The notes under the pieces: generated by a model
What the model was told of the DNA's origin: nothing
Databases searched by the model: none
The model's input: only the letters and a program-made list of their open reading frames with translations
In this document: positions 1 to 11,375 of the stretch, in pieces
How positions within the stretch are numbered: the stretch's first letter is position 1
How the letters are laid out: each line of letters opens with the position of its first letter
Position numbers and translations under genes: made by a program
From: Bdellovibrionales bacterium
GTDB lineage: Bacteria; Bdellovibrionota; Bdellovibrionia; Bdellovibrionales; UBA1609
Length of the DNA: 64,000 nucleotides
NCBI GenBank assembly: GCA_027317865.1
Contig: DAHVQG010000002.1
Location: 249,700 to 313,699, forward strand
Reading direction: 5' to 3'

Positions 1-786
1 GGCACTTAGGCCGTCTGAACCGGACCGTAGTTTTAAGTGAGCAAGCCGAGGGTCTTCTCTAATCCCCGATGGCGCTTCAAGGTAAACCGGCGCTTTTAAC
101 GATAATAAAAACTCCAGCGTCGCGCCTCTAGTTTGCGGCAAAAGGCCGCCAACGATGACTAGCGGTCTTTTCACATGAGAAAAAAATCGCTCAATCCGAG
201 AAGACTCGATATCGCTTAGATTATTTTCACATGGGCCGGCCACACTTTTCGCCTGGTTCAATTTTTGTCGGCCATAAGAAAAGTCCAGGGTTTCAACCGA
301 TCCGTCAATCAACGGTTCAGAGAAGCAAATATTTATGTGTGTTACACCCGCTTGCGCGATATTAAGCGTGGCAAAATCAAATGGCGCTTCGATGTCATAT
401 ACGATTTTTGTGTACGCCGAAAAAATTCCAACCTGTTCAATTGCTTGAGGAGCTGCCGAACCACGATATGCGCGTGGTCGGTCGGCTGTAATTAAAACCA
501 ACGGTTGACCTGAGTAATAAGCTTCAATAACCGCCGGTAATAATTCGGCAACAGCTGTACCGGACGTTGTAATGACGGCCGCCGCTTCGCCACTTTGCTT
601 AGCCATTCCCAACGCAAAAAAACCGGCGGATCGTTCATCAAAAAAACTTTTCTGAAATATCCCGCGGGAGTGATCCAGAACTTCTATGAGTGGGGCATTT
701 CTCGCTCCTGCACAAAAACAAAACCGACTCACGCCAATCGACACAAGTCTTTCAATTAAAACTTGCGCCATTTCAATATTTTTCAT
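1..786 (-). CDS. menD: SEPHCHC synthase MenD, N-terminal part (runs off window start; absent from ORF track)
   Basis: Manual translation from ATG at 786: MKNIEMAQVLIERLVSIGVSRFCFCAGARNAPL...FFDERSAGFFALG...VITTSGTAVAELLPAVIEA...ITADRP, the MenD motifs; adjacent to menF. Confidence 0.92.
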   Translation of the reverse strand, partial: MKNIEMAQVLIERLVSIGVSRFCFCAGARNAPLIEVLDHSRGIFQKSFFDERSAGFFALGMAKQSGEAAAVITTSGTAVAELLPAVIEAYYSGQPLVLITADRPRAYRGSAAPQAIEQVGIFSAYTKIVYDIEAPFDFATLNIAQAGVTHINICFSEPLIDGSVETLDFSYGRQKLNQAKSVAGPCENNLSDIESSRIERFFSHVKRPLVIVGGLLPQTRGATLEFLLSLKAPVYLEAPSGIREDPRLAHLKLRSGSDGLSA

Positions 787-807
787 TTGAAGCCCCAAAG
801 CATAACC

Positions 808-1905
808 TCACAGGCCCAGCAACGCGCGCACAGAATTGCGCTTAATTTCAAGTTCTTGCCACTCATTTTCAAACTGGCTTTGTTCCACCACGCCGCAGCC
901 CGTTCCCAACAAAAGCTCATCGCCACGCCACTGGATATTGCGTATAGCAACTAGCGCCTGGGAACTCCCTGCAGATTGGAGAAACCCAAACGGTGCGCCA
1001 AATCTTAAGCGATTTTCTGTTCCATCGCATTTTTTCAAAAACCGCCAATCGGCATTATTGGGTGAAACCCCGAGCGCAGCTGTGGGATGCAAAAGCGCAC
1101 ACATTTCAGTAAACGAATTTTCTGCAGTCGGCGGCCGGTCGAATTCTACGCTGATATCCGTTCGAAGGTGCGATATGGGGCCCAAATCCCAGACATAAGT
1201 GGGCGAAACTTTAAGGTCGCCAAACGGCTTTAATTTTTCTTTTAGACCTTTAATGACGAGATCGTGCTCAAACATTTCTTTCGGATCATTGACCAGCGAT
1301 TTAGTCGCCTCAAGCGCCGAAGAACGTGTGCCCGCAAGAGCCATTGTTTCGAGTACGCCTTCACGGACGTTATAGTTGAACAGTTTTTCGGGAGTTGCGC
1401 CTAAAACACCTTCTTCAGGAGTCCAGAACCCATACGGTATTGGTTTTTTCGCCTGTAAAAGCAGGCTGCGGATGGCTTTGGCGCGCATCGAGGCCGTGAG
1501 AGTCACTTTCGCGTGGGCAAATACGACTGGTACAGCTTTTCGAATTATGTTTTGCCGAATTGCATTTTGTACGAGTTCAAATTTTTCTGCAAATTCCGAA
1601 CGCCCGGGGGGCTGCCAACGAATGTCAAGCTGCGGTTGATTTGAAAATTCAGAAAGTAACGTGGCTAAGTGGTCACGACGGGTGATTGCCATATTTTCAA
1701 ACCGAGCCCACGGTTTTGCATCCTCAAGATAAAAATCGGGCACGTAAAATGCGGCATCGTTACTGTTAGGAGTGTTACTGTTTGCCAAGTTAAACCGCTC
1801 GGGTTCACCCCAAGCCACAAGACACTTTTCAAGTCCAAGCCCCAAAAGCGCTCCAAACCGTAAAAACAAGCCCGCTTCTGAAATTGTTAGGTCTCGGTTC
1901 GTCAT
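808..1905 (-). CDS. menF: Isochorismate synthase (chorismate-binding enzyme)
   Basis: GATPEKL, ETMALAGT, KEMFEH, HLRT, LHPTAALG, VAIRN, GCGVV..S..ENEWQE motifs; likely start ATG 1905 after GAGG. Confidence 0.85.
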   Translation of the reverse strand: MTNRDLTISEAGLFLRFGALLGLGLEKCLVAWGEPERFNLANSNTPNSNDAAFYVPDFYLEDAKPWARFENMAITRRDHLATLLSEFSNQPQLDIRWQPPGRSEFAEKFELVQNAIRQNIIRKAVPVVFAHAKVTLTASMRAKAIRSLLLQAKKPIPYGFWTPEEGVLGATPEKLFNYNVREGVLETMALAGTRSSALEATKSLVNDPKEMFEHDLVIKGLKEKLKPFGDLKVSPTYVWDLGPISHLRTDISVEFDRPPTAENSFTEMCALLHPTAALGVSPNNADWRFLKKCDGTENRLRFGAPFGFLQSAGSSQALVAIRNIQWRGDELLLGTGCGVVEQSQFENEWQELEIKRNSVRALLGL

Positions 1906-2003
1906 TCGATCCTCATTTGCGCGATGCGACGCACAACTTGCGGGTATTTCATAGCTGAAAAAGAATAGAGAAGTAAGAACTTTTGCGCTATCTTCCACCG
2001 AAA

Positions 2004-2807
2004 ATGAGTCAAGACACAAAACCGATCCGCGTGGGCGGAGTTGAAATTGGGGGCTCTGCCTTCGTTGTAATGGCCGGACCATGTTCCGTTGAGTCCTTGC
2101 CGCAATTTGCGCAGACAGCCGACGTTGTTAAAAAGGCGGGTGCCGTCATTTTGCGCGGCGGAATGTTCAAGTTGCGCACAAATCCCGACAGCTTTCAGGG
2201 AATGGGACAAGATGCGTTTTCGATCGTTCGTGAAGTCAAAGCGCGTACTGGGCTACAATTTGTTTCTGAAATCACAGATCCAAGACAGGTCAGCGATTTC
2301 ACGGGACTCGTTGATATGTTTCAAGTCGGGTCCCGCAACATGCATAATTACGCTCTTCTAAAGGAACTGGGACAAGTTCAAACGCCCGTCTTACTTAAAC
2401 GCGGATTTTCGGGCTTGATTAGTGAATGGTTACAATCAGCCGAATACATTATCAAATATGGCAACCCAAACGTTGTTTTGTGCGAGCGTGGTATTCGCAC
2501 TTTTGAAACCGCAACTCGTAACACGTTTGATCTCAACGCTATTGCGTATGTGAAAGAACATACGAGTTTTCCGGTCATTGCTGACCCCTCACACGCAACA
2601 GGCGCCGCATCTCTTGTCACTCCAATGGCGCTCGCGGCGGCCGCGGCCGGTGCAGACGGAATAATTGTTGAAGTGCACCCCGATCCAACAATTGCGCTAT
2701 CCGACGGATTTCAAGCGCTGACACCTGATATGTTTCGAAATTTGATGGCCCGACTTGAACGAGTTCTTGCGGCGCTCGATCGCGGCTTGGCGAAAGTGAA
2801 TTCATGA
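2004..2807 (+). CDS. aroF: DAHP synthase, class I-beta
   Basis: [48 protein letters not shown] motifs. Confidence 0.9.
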   Translation: MSQDTKPIRVGGVEIGGSAFVVMAGPCSVESLPQFAQTADVVKKAGAVILRGGMFKLRTNPDSFQGMGQDAFSIVREVKARTGLQFVSEITDPRQVSDFTGLVDMFQVGSRNMHNYALLKELGQVQTPVLLKRGFSGLISEWLQSAEYIIKYGNPNVVLCERGIRTFETATRNTFDLNAIAYVKEHTSFPVIADPSHATGAASLVTPMALAAAAAGADGIIVEVHPDPTIALSDGFQALTPDMFRNLMARLERVLAALDRGLAKVNS

Positions 2808-3559
2808 AAACAGAGTCTATGAACTCCGCTGGGTTCATCCGAACGGGACCGGCTTCTGACGAAATTAAAAATCTATTTTCGTCAATTGCAAGCAAGTACG
2901 ACTTGGCAAACGACATTATTACGTTTGGAATGGCCCGCCGCTGGCGCCGCAATCTAGTTCGATGGAGCAGCGAAGGTTTGTCAGCGATTCAACGCGTTCT
3001 TGATTGCGCGACTGGTACCGGAGATATCGCGTTTGAGTTTGCGCGCACTTTTCAAAACGCTGAAGTCATAGGTTGTGATTTTTGTGAACCGATGCTTAAG
3101 GTTGCAAGCAATAAAATAACCCGGAAATTTACCGACGCCGCTGAACACATTCGATTTGAGCTCGCCGATACGATGTCACTCCCTTATAGAGACGCGCAAT
3201 TTGACGTTTCGTCGATTGCCTATGGCATTCGAAATGTAAAAGATGTCCCGCAAGCCCTAGCAGAAATGGCGCGAGTCACTCGACCCGGCGGTTACGTGAT
3301 GATCCTTGAAACAGGCGTTGTCGAAAATAGATTCTTGCGCGCCTTTGTGCATTTACACTTTCAAGCCGTTGTCCCCTTTTTAGGCGGCCTCATTTCAGGG
3401 CGACAATCCGCCTACCAATACCTGCAAAAATCATCGAGTGAATTCCCATCGGGAGATACATTCTGCGATGTTCTTCGTTCTGTTAACCGGTTTTCAAAAG
3501 TGGAATATCGACCGCTTTTGGGCGGCGCAAGTTACATTTATCGCGCACAAGTTCGTTAA
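2804..3559 (+). CDS. menG: Demethylmenaquinone methyltransferase (UbiE/MenG)
   Basis: [41 protein letters not shown] motifs; men gene context. Confidence 0.88.
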   Translation: MKTESMNSAGFIRTGPASDEIKNLFSSIASKYDLANDIITFGMARRWRRNLVRWSSEGLSAIQRVLDCATGTGDIAFEFARTFQNAEVIGCDFCEPMLKVASNKITRKFTDAAEHIRFELADTMSLPYRDAQFDVSSIAYGIRNVKDVPQALAEMARVTRPGGYVMILETGVVENRFLRAFVHLHFQAVVPFLGGLISGRQSAYQYLQKSSSEFPSGDTFCDVLRSVNRFSKVEYRPLLGGASYIYRAQVR

Positions 3560-4014
3560 TGCGGTCGTTCGCCGCGATTGATTGAATAACGATATTCAAT
3601 ATAGGCGCCCAATAGCTTATCTCGCGAATTTATGTTCGGAGAGTTAAGCTCTCCGTCTAGTTTCGCTAATATTTTTGCCGCGCCATTATCGAACAGCGCG
3701 AACCGAAAAAGAAGATCAACCGCGTGCTTCGATTGATCAAGACCATCTCCGATCACATTTTTTTCAGCAATTCGCGCCAGAACATTCACCATATCTTCAT
3801 CTGGAATTTGAAACTTAATGCAAAACCGCGCCTTTTTAGCCCAATCCTTGGGAATTATAATATTCGTATTCACCGGCCTTTCTTCCGGCGCATCTTCGAT
3901 TGGGATCTCACGCACCAAAGTCGCTCCGCAACCTTCGGCATAGACGGTCGTGCGTATTCCAATGAATGTCATAAGTGCAATCGCAAGAATCATCATTTTT
4001 CGATAAATTTGCAT
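3556..4014 (-). CDS. Hypothetical secreted protein
   Basis: 152-aa ORF with signal-peptide-like N-terminus; no recognised family. Confidence 0.55.
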   Translation of the reverse strand: MQIYRKMMILAIALMTFIGIRTTVYAEGCGATLVREIPIEDAPEERPVNTNIIIPKDWAKKARFCIKFQIPDEDMVNVLARIAEKNVIGDGLDQSKHAVDLLFRFALFDNGAAKILAKLDGELNSPNINSRDKLLGAYIEYRYSINRGERPH

Positions 4015-4196
4015 CGGTACAATTATAATCGGCGCATCTATTTAGAAAAAATGAAATCCGTGAATTTGAAATATTTTATTGTTTGTACAATTTCATGGCG
4101 TTAAACGACGTGTTCACAATTTTGACAGCCATGAATCTATTTCGCGTTGATCATTAAATTCTTGTGGAGAAGCCGAATTTCCTTACAATTGTCGCC

Positions 4197-4709
4197 ATGA
4201 AAAAATCAATTATTTTGAGTGCCCTACTGTTGTCTTTCACATGTTTTTCAAATTCTTCTGCGATTGCAGCCGCACCGATTGTTTCTAGTTTGCCGAGTGG
4301 TTCTATAGAAGGCGCCATCGAAAAGAGCGGATGCAATATCTCTGGTTCACCGTGTGTTTTGCCCGGTGATCGTGTGAAAAATGTAAAAATGGAGAATGGT
4401 TTTATTTCGGCGCAATTTTTAATTAACATCCCTTCGGTTGGCGGTTTTCACGATTGGTTTGCACCCGGTTATAACGAGAAAGTTTGGGCTAAAAAATATG
4501 CCGGCCAATTTATTAAAAACCTGTGCCAAGCTTTTGCCGGAGAGCCCCAAGTACCAATGATAAAAATCTTGAAAACCAATGATTGCTGCGGAAGCGGTTC
4601 GTTTTCTGTCAGCGACTACCCGATTGATCATGTTACGAGTTACAGTTCAGACTCATTTAATTTTACAATGAAAGCGGCGGTTCGGTGCTTACGCGAGAAC
4701 AGTAATTAG
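4197..4709 (+). CDS. Hypothetical secreted Cys-containing protein
   Basis: MKKSIILSALLLSF signal-like start at 4197; several Cys. Confidence 0.55.
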   Translation: MKKSIILSALLLSFTCFSNSSAIAAAPIVSSLPSGSIEGAIEKSGCNISGSPCVLPGDRVKNVKMENGFISAQFLINIPSVGGFHDWFAPGYNEKVWAKKYAGQFIKNLCQAFAGEPQVPMIKILKTNDCCGSGSFSVSDYPIDHVTSYSSDSFNFTMKAAVRCLRENSN

Positions 4710-5710
4710 TTTCGATCGAGGCGGCGCCATAAAATATGGTCGGCCAAAACGAGATGAGCCATGGCTTCGATAACGGGCAAAGCTCGGAATAAAATGCATG
4801 GATCATGACGGCCACGCTTTGCAATATCTAAAATTGATGACGTCGGCTTGAATGCGACTTTTAGCGAAATCAATTCCCCCGTTGAAATGCCCCCACGAAT
4901 ACCCCCATAAACAGACTCATCGCTGATTACGTGGACTTCTTTTCCGTGTTTTGACGCGAGTGAAAATCCGCCGCCCAATTCGACACCCGTAACGGCGCCG
5001 ATAGACATCATGGCGCCCGCTAAATCTGATTTCAGTTTATGAAAAACTGGCTGGCCAAGACCACCCGGTGCATTTTCAATCTGTAATTCAGCTATTCCAC
5101 CTACGCTGTCACCTTCTTCACGCAACTTGGTCATCATAGTTGCAACGTCATTCCACCGGCCTTCATTTATATAAAAGCGTGCGCTATCACTTAGGCATAG
5201 ATCTGAGTCTACTATCGCAATCTCACCGATTTGCCTCGGCAATGCATGAACAATCAGTTCAGGCGCCACATCGCTCAAAAACATTTGCGCAAATGCCCCA
5301 CCGATAACGCGCGCCAAAGTCTCGCGACCTGACGCACGTCCACCCCCGCGATGATCGACATAATCAAACTTCATTTTCCAAACATCGTCGGCATGCCCCC
5401 GCCGTGGCTCAGTCTTTATTTTCTCGTAATCGATTGATTTTGCATCGTGATTACGAACGATCACGACAATCGGCGTGCCTAGAGTTTTGTGGTCAAAAAC
5501 TCCGCTTAAAATCTCGAAATCATCCGATTCATTTCGCGACGAGGTAACCAAATGCTGACCGGGCCGACGGCGTTTGAGCGCACTTTGTAATATTGAAGGA
5601 TCAAACGTTACACCAGACGGACACCCTTCAATAATCGCCCCCAGCGCTGGACCGTGGCTTTCACCAAAGCTCGTAATTTGAAAAAGATGGCCGAATCGAT
5701 TTGCACTCAT
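4706..5710 (-). CDS. aroC: Chorismate synthase
   Basis: FGESHG, RGGGRASGRET, GGIRGGISTG, FKPTSSI, GRHDPC. Confidence 0.95.
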   Translation of the reverse strand: MSANRFGHLFQITSFGESHGPALGAIIEGCPSGVTFDPSILQSALKRRRPGQHLVTSSRNESDDFEILSGVFDHKTLGTPIVVIVRNHDAKSIDYEKIKTEPRRGHADDVWKMKFDYVDHRGGGRASGRETLARVIGGAFAQMFLSDVAPELIVHALPRQIGEIAIVDSDLCLSDSARFYINEGRWNDVATMMTKLREEGDSVGGIAELQIENAPGGLGQPVFHKLKSDLAGAMMSIGAVTGVELGGGFSLASKHGKEVHVISDESVYGGIRGGISTGELISLKVAFKPTSSILDIAKRGRHDPCILFRALPVIEAMAHLVLADHILWRRLDRN

Positions 5711-7518
5711 AGCTCACGCGCCCAAAATTCGCGTTGCGCTTCTGCTTGAAGCAAAAATACCTGCCGGCCGGAAAAATACCGCGCGCCAACCCGCAAAGCA
5801 TATTCGAGCCCGGGCGAATCTTCAGTGTAATTGAGGTCGTAAACAAATTGCGGTCGCCAATCATCCGGGGGCCATTGGCTTGTTGCCATTCGCGATCGGG
5901 GGACTGCCCATATCAAACTTTGCGGCGAATTCATAGTTGTCGCTGCGACTTCTTGCTCAGGAGTCATCCAAATTGGCTTGGCTTGACGTGCAGAAAAAAA
6001 TCGTGCCTGCGGAAAAAGCGCGCGAAGCACAAGCCGTGTCCCACTGCCGCCCCATACAACTGTGTCATCCGTGAGCGACAGGTTATGAAACGCACGTGCC
6101 AATCCAATTAGATCCGTATTTGTAGCGCACCACCCGGCCGAGGTTTTAACAATCGTGTTTATAGCCCCAACATCGGCGGCCTTTTTGTCTGTGTGATCGC
6201 ATACGCGTAGTGCCGCAATTTTTAACGGAGACGTTACCGCAGCGGCACGAAGCCCTATTCGCTCCAATATTCCAAGATTGAGCGACTGCAGCTCATCTTC
6301 TTCAAGCGGTATGGCCAAAGTCCCCATCGCATGTCGTTTAAAAAACTCACTCTGTTCCGCAGGGGTGCGGCTGTGGGCCACCGGTTGGCCAAGGATGGCC
6401 GCAAATGTATCGGCGTTTTTGGTGTAGCGAAGAAAATCAAACACAAGCGGTTGATCGAGAAGGCCGTCACCCTCGCGCGTGAAATTCAAATGCATTTTCG
6501 AACTTTGCGCAAGACGATACCATTGCCATCTGCCGGTTTTTGAAATGGGCAAAAACGACCGCGCCTTTTGGTTTTCGATAAAAAATCGATGGCCGACCCA
6601 AAGCTCGGTCAAATCGCGAATCAGAATCGCTAATTTATGATGATCGGCCTTTTGTGAAAGAAGACGCGCGGCCGCCTCGTCCACTGTTTCATTTTCTCGG
6701 CGCTCGTGTAGCGACACAATTGTGTTATGTAATAGCGGCGATGGGCCAAGTTCAATAGCCCAATCGGTTGCATACGGGCCGCTAAAGTCAATTAACTCTT
6801 TAGACGTCTCTTCTTTTCGAAAACTTACGAGCACTTTTTCGGCTGGGAGCATCTTGACCGCCGAACGAATTTGCTCCTCGCTTAGTAAATCATCGCGAAA
6901 TTCAAAATACCGCACCCCCAATTGCAGATGGCGGGAGAAAAACAGCTCTTGGCGTGCCGAGTTTTCTAAAACCCATGGGGTAACAGCAATCGAGGTTAGA
7001 AGATGCGCTGGAGATAACCCGATCAGCGCTGGCTCAAATTCATTTTGTTGATCCCAACCTTCGCCGAGCGTAATTTGTCGATGTGCCCACTGGCGATAAC
7101 GCGCTTCACGCTCTAAATAACGACCGCGAAATTCTTCAAGCGGATTTTTATCCGGCTCAAGCCGTGGGCGATTTAAAAATATGCGGCCACACGAATCTGA
7201 TTCCCGGCGTATCCACCACGCCTCGACGTCTTTGGGTAAGGGCCCCATAAAGCCTGCGCCTAAAGCCAAAAACAAATCTTGCGTTGCATGCCGGTACTCT
7301 CTGTATAATTCTTGAAAAACCGAAATTTCAATTTCACGAAACCGTCCTTCATTTTCGATTAGATCTTCGAGCAATCGACCCTGACGCCGGCAGATTTCTT
7401 CATCCAAATCGAGAAAAGCGGCGCGCGAATCAAGACCGCGCTCAAAAAAATAATTTTTAAGCCGCGACAAAAATAGTGTTTTACCAGTTCCACGATGGCC
7501 GACCAAAACTGTAATCAT
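5707..7518 (-). CDS. Fused shikimate kinase / type I dehydroquinase-like / shikimate dehydrogenase (AroK-AroD-AroE)
   Basis: N-terminal P-loop GHRGTGKT and DLD; middle EFRDD, IVSLH, KLAI (DHQase I-like); C-terminal GQPVAHSRTP, AVTSPLK, GAINT, NTD. Confidence 0.8.
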   Translation of the reverse strand: MITVLVGHRGTGKTLFLSRLKNYFFERGLDSRAAFLDLDEEICRRQGRLLEDLIENEGRFREIEISVFQELYREYRHATQDLFLALGAGFMGPLPKDVEAWWIRRESDSCGRIFLNRPRLEPDKNPLEEFRGRYLEREARYRQWAHRQITLGEGWDQQNEFEPALIGLSPAHLLTSIAVTPWVLENSARQELFFSRHLQLGVRYFEFRDDLLSEEQIRSAVKMLPAEKVLVSFRKEETSKELIDFSGPYATDWAIELGPSPLLHNTIVSLHERRENETVDEAAARLLSQKADHHKLAILIRDLTELWVGHRFFIENQKARSFLPISKTGRWQWYRLAQSSKMHLNFTREGDGLLDQPLVFDFLRYTKNADTFAAILGQPVAHSRTPAEQSEFFKRHAMGTLAIPLEEDELQSLNLGILERIGLRAAAVTSPLKIAALRVCDHTDKKAADVGAINTIVKTSAGWCATNTDLIGLARAFHNLSLTDDTVVWGGSGTRLVLRALFPQARFFSARQAKPIWMTPEQEVAATTMNSPQSLIWAVPRSRMATSQWPPDDWRPQFVYDLNYTEDSPGLEYALRVGARYFSGRQVFLLQAEAQREFWAREL

Positions 7519-8720
7519 TTTGATCTCGCCGCAATAAGCGCAAATTCGGGGAAGCTCTTTGACACAACTCTCATATCCCCTACTTGTATCGGAAAACCCG
7601 CCCAGCGCGCAACCTCTGCGGCCATGGCCATTCGATGATCGTGATCAGGGTCAAATACCCAGATATTTCCAGAAGTTGACCGCGTTTGATGTGGCTCAAT
7701 CAATACCGTTTCGCCATCGGGTGAATCACTGGTTGAAACTGTTGCGCCCATCCACTCGATGAGTTCGCGCGTGCGCTCGAGCCGAGATGACTCTTTGAAT
7801 TTCAGATGGCCTATCCCTGAGATCCGGCTAGGCGTGCCGGCAAGCGCGCACAAAACGCCGAGTATCGGAAACAAATCCGGGCAGTTTGAAATGTTGGTTG
7901 TTAGACCGCGAACAAGGTCCGATTGTTCGACCATGAGCGAATCGTTCTCGTATCGCAACGACCCACCCATTTGACTCAACAGTTTTACAAATATCGCATC
8001 TGGCTGCAAACTTCGTGTCGGAAAATGTTGTATTTCTGCACGGCCCGCAACGACAGCAAGAGCTGTAACCGCGAATGCCGAACTCAAATCGGGTTCACAC
8101 AAATAAGGCTCCGCACGCTGAATTTTTTGCCCGGCTGCAATTACAAATTCAGGCCCATGTCCGTACACTCGCATCCCAAAATCTCGCACCATTTGAAGGG
8201 TCATTCGAAAATAGCTCTCTGACACTATTTTTTTTGAAATCGACACCGGAAGTTGAAACGGCAATCCCCATGCACTCAAAAACACAGCCGACGCAAACTG
8301 ACTCGATCGCTGCGTGCTTATATGAAGCCCATCCCCCGATAAACGCCAACCGCTTGATCGGATTCTAAGTGAATTCTCCCGCAATTCAGCATCGACGCCG
8401 AGTTGATTGAGAATCGAAATCAACTCCGTTTGCGGTCGAGAAAAAAGCCGTTTGCTACCATTGATCTCGTGAACGCCCGGCACTCTAGCCGCGCGAAGAG
8501 CCATGAACCGCAAAACTGTACCGGCGTCCCCACATTCAATTGGCGTTCGTCTTTCAAGGTTTAGCTGAGCAAGCGCTTGACGCATAAATACCACGTCATC
8601 CGCTTGGCTTTCGCCGATTATTTTAATAGTTGGCTGAAAACTTTGGATGACAAGCGCGCGATTCAATATGGATTTTGAGCTTGCAAGTTCTCCACTAAAA
8701 TAAAACGGTTTCATTTGCAC
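7515..8720 (-). CDS. aroA: EPSP synthase
   Basis: SKSILNRA, GDAGTVLRF, SSQFASA, DLSSA, KESSRL, DHRMAMA, VSKSFPEF. Confidence 0.93.
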   Translation of the reverse strand: MQMKPFYFSGELASSKSILNRALVIQSFQPTIKIIGESQADDVVFMRQALAQLNLERRTPIECGDAGTVLRFMALRAARVPGVHEINGSKRLFSRPQTELISILNQLGVDAELRENSLRIRSSGWRLSGDGLHISTQRSSQFASAVFLSAWGLPFQLPVSISKKIVSESYFRMTLQMVRDFGMRVYGHGPEFVIAAGQKIQRAEPYLCEPDLSSAFAVTALAVVAGRAEIQHFPTRSLQPDAIFVKLLSQMGGSLRYENDSLMVEQSDLVRGLTTNISNCPDLFPILGVLCALAGTPSRISGIGHLKFKESSRLERTRELIEWMGATVSTSDSPDGETVLIEPHQTRSTSGNIWVFDPDHDHRMAMAAEVARWAGFPIQVGDMRVVSKSFPEFALIAARSK

Positions 8721-9724
8721 CAGCCAATAATCTTTGCAAATCTATAAATTTCTAATGCACGGACTTCTTTTGTTATTGGCCGCCCTGGTTTTTTAAGAAA
8801 TACAAAGCGGACACGGCCGCCGCTTGCCGCCTTTTTGTCGTTTGCCACGGCTTCTAAAAGTTCTCTTTTTGAAATTTTAGGTCGTGATGTCGCTGGATTT
8901 TTATCTAAAAATGCTAACGCTAAATTTAATTCCCTTTTGGACATTAGCCCTTTTTGTTCGCTAAACCGCATGGCAAATTCGAGCCCAATCCGAACAGCCT
9001 CCCCATGACTCAAATGTCTCGGCCCACCGCAAAGCTCAATCGCGTGACCGTAGGTATGACCCAAATTTAAAATCATACGCCGCCCTGAATTTTCATATAA
9101 ATCCATTTCAACAACGTGCATCTTTGCGCGGGCGAGCTCCGGCAAAAGACTCCAAAGAAGTTTCGCATCAAGAACAGGAGCCGAATTTATTTTATGATAT
9201 AGTGCCCCTCCCGTAAGAAGCGCCATCTTCTGTGCCTCACCAAAACCTGAAATTAAATTTTTCTCAGGCTCGCCAAAAAGCATTTCTTTAATAAAAAATA
9301 CGGCGCGCGCGGGGTAAAAGGTCCCGATTTGATTCTTAAATTTGCCGACATTCATCGCGGTTTTTCCACCGTGCGCGGAATCGACTGCAGCAAGCCACGT
9401 TGAGGGAATGTGCACAAGTCTTATACCACGTTTAATGACACTTGCTAAAAAACCAGCCCCATCACCGATCGACCCTCCGCCGACAGCAACTATTGCACAG
9501 TCGTGGCGGGAAATATTCGCTGTCATTGGCAATATAACTCCAACAAGTTTCGGCAGATTTGCCAGATCTTTAAATGACTCACCACCTTTAACGGCGAGCG
9601 TGTAACTAAAACGCTTAAGCCATTTTACAAAGTAGGGTTTATTCAAAAGTTTTCGGTCGTAGACAATGATCAGGCGCCGCGCGGAGGCGGCTGCCATGAG
9701 TTCGCTCTTCGATGGCAAATTCAA
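8711..9724 (-). CDS. aroB: 3-dehydroquinate synthase
   Basis: GGGSIGD, PSTWLAAVDSAHGGKT, KNQIGTFY, LNLGHTYGHAIE, HGEAV, DKK. Confidence 0.93.
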   Translation of the reverse strand: MNLPSKSELMAAASARRLIIVYDRKLLNKPYFVKWLKRFSYTLAVKGGESFKDLANLPKLVGVILPMTANISRHDCAIVAVGGGSIGDGAGFLASVIKRGIRLVHIPSTWLAAVDSAHGGKTAMNVGKFKNQIGTFYPARAVFFIKEMLFGEPEKNLISGFGEAQKMALLTGGALYHKINSAPVLDAKLLWSLLPELARAKMHVVEMDLYENSGRRMILNLGHTYGHAIELCGGPRHLSHGEAVRIGLEFAMRFSEQKGLMSKRELNLALAFLDKNPATSRPKISKRELLEAVANDKKAASGGRVRFVFLKKPGRPITKEVRALEIYRFAKIIGWCK

Positions 9725-9746
9725 TTTGTTTATAATACGGTATTTT

Positions 9747-11375
9747 TTATTTATAATAGACGCTCCCGAAATAGTCGACGCCGAACGGGCTAACCTGGTA
9801 TCCCCTGACGTCCTTGCGCAAAGCTTTAAAAATCGTACTATAAGCGATTGGCACCCAAGGAATTTGTTGATGAAATATCTGCTGCGCCCGCTGGTAAAAT
9901 CGGGTGCGAATTCGCACGTTCGTGGTTACTCGGGCACGATCCACTTCGAACGAAAATCGGCGGTCGCACCAGTGCGCGCGATTATCGCCGGATGAAATAC
10001 TGTCGCACGACAGAAGCGTATTGAGAAAATTATCCGGATCACCATTATCACCCGTCCACCCTTGCAAGCTGAACGGCAACTCACCGGCCCGCGATTTCTT
10101 TAAAAATGTGACCCACCCGAGAGTCTTCACGTTGACGTCGATTCCCACTTTGTCGAGATCTCGCTTAATGAGTTCGGCCATTTTTAAGGGATTCGGATTG
10201 TACGGACGCGCCACGTGCGGGCACCATAGTGTTACTTTAAATCCTTTGGGCAAGCCCAATTGCTTCAACAACTTGCGTGCTTCTTCGGGGTCGTAATGAT
10301 AGTCGCGAATTTTACGGTCGAACGACCACATAGTGGGTGGAATCGGATTTTTCGCAACCTCGGCCTGATTGTCATAAATGGCTTTAATGTATGACTCCCG
10401 ATTGAGCGCATAATAGACGGCTTTTCGAAATTTAAGCGAGGCAAACGGCATTTTTCTCACATTGAATGTTAAATAACTCAAGTTTAAACCTGGCGACGCC
10501 AGAAGTTTAAGCTTGGGGTTTCGGCGGATTATGTCGATGGCGTCAGGCGGCAAATTGCCGTCAATTTGGCAGCGGCCGGTAATTAAATCATGTAAGCGCG
10601 CGCGCGGACTTGTTACGATTCGAAAAACAAGATGTTCTATTTTGGGCTTGCCCAGAAAATAATCGGGATTTGCCGTGTACCGAATGAGGCGCCCCCTTAA
10701 ATACGATTGAAAAATAAACGGCCCCGTACCGACGGGCTTCGAATCTATGTCTGCAAGACGGTGTTGTCGAATCAATTGGTCCGCATATTGTTTAGACAAA
10801 ATGCTCGCAAAATCCATGGCGAGATCGGCAAGAAATGGCGCTTCGGGTTGAGTCAAAACAAATCTCACGGTCAAATTATTTATTTTCTCAATTCGCGCGA
10901 TTAGAGAGGGCATTTGTTCAGCTTCAAAATCGGGATACACTCCGCCCCCGACATCATGAAACGGATTCTTTGTCGAAAGCATACGATGAAAAGTAAATAT
11001 AACGTCGTCCGCGTCGAAATCACGGGTCGGGGTGAAGTAGGGGGTTTTTTGAAACTTCACTCCTTTTCGCAGGTGAAAAGTTATGACTTTACCGTCCGGA
11101 GATATTTGCCACGACTGTGCAAGACTTGGCTCAATTTGCATGGTGCTGTTATTGAGTTTAACCAATCGATTATAAATCTGCTGTGAACTTGCATTAAAGG
11201 TCGCGCCGTCAGTGGCAAGCTCCGGATTAAATGTCTGGGGACTTGCAACAGCACAGTAAACTAATGTCTGACCACGCGAGGGTGACTTTTTACCGTATGA
11301 AGCGGAAGTCCAAACACAAAAAGTAAGGATCAACCACAACAACCCAATTCCATTTCGAATATCTTGCCGTATCAT
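9747..11375 (-). CDS. dppA: Dipeptide ABC transporter substrate-binding protein (family 5)
   Basis: [43 protein letters not shown]. Confidence 0.88.
   Translation of the reverse strand: MIRQDIRNGIGLLWLILTFCVWTSASYGKKSPSRGQTLVYCAVASPQTFNPELATDGATFNASSQQIYNRLVKLNNSTMQIEPSLAQSWQISPDGKVITFHLRKGVKFQKTPYFTPTRDFDADDVIFTFHRMLSTKNPFHDVGGGVYPDFEAEQMPSLIARIEKINNLTVRFVLTQPEAPFLADLAMDFASILSKQYADQLIRQHRLADIDSKPVGTGPFIFQSYLRGRLIRYTANPDYFLGKPKIEHLVFRIVTSPRARLHDLITGRCQIDGNLPPDAIDIIRRNPKLKLLASPGLNLSYLTFNVRKMPFASLKFRKAVYYALNRESYIKAIYDNQAEVAKNPIPPTMWSFDRKIRDYHYDPEEARKLLKQLGLPKGFKVTLWCPHVARPYNPNPLKMAELIKRDLDKVGIDVNVKTLGWVTFLKKSRAGELPFSLQGWTGDNGDPDNFLNTLLSCDSISSGDNRAHWCDRRFSFEVDRARVTTNVRIRTRFYQRAQQIFHQQIPWVPIAYSTIFKALRKDVRGYQVSPFGVDYFGSVYYK

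Noticed and set aside
265-495. Short plus-strand ORFs here and the many antisense ORFs in the track
   Set aside because: They are shadows of well-supported genes on the opposite strand (here menD).
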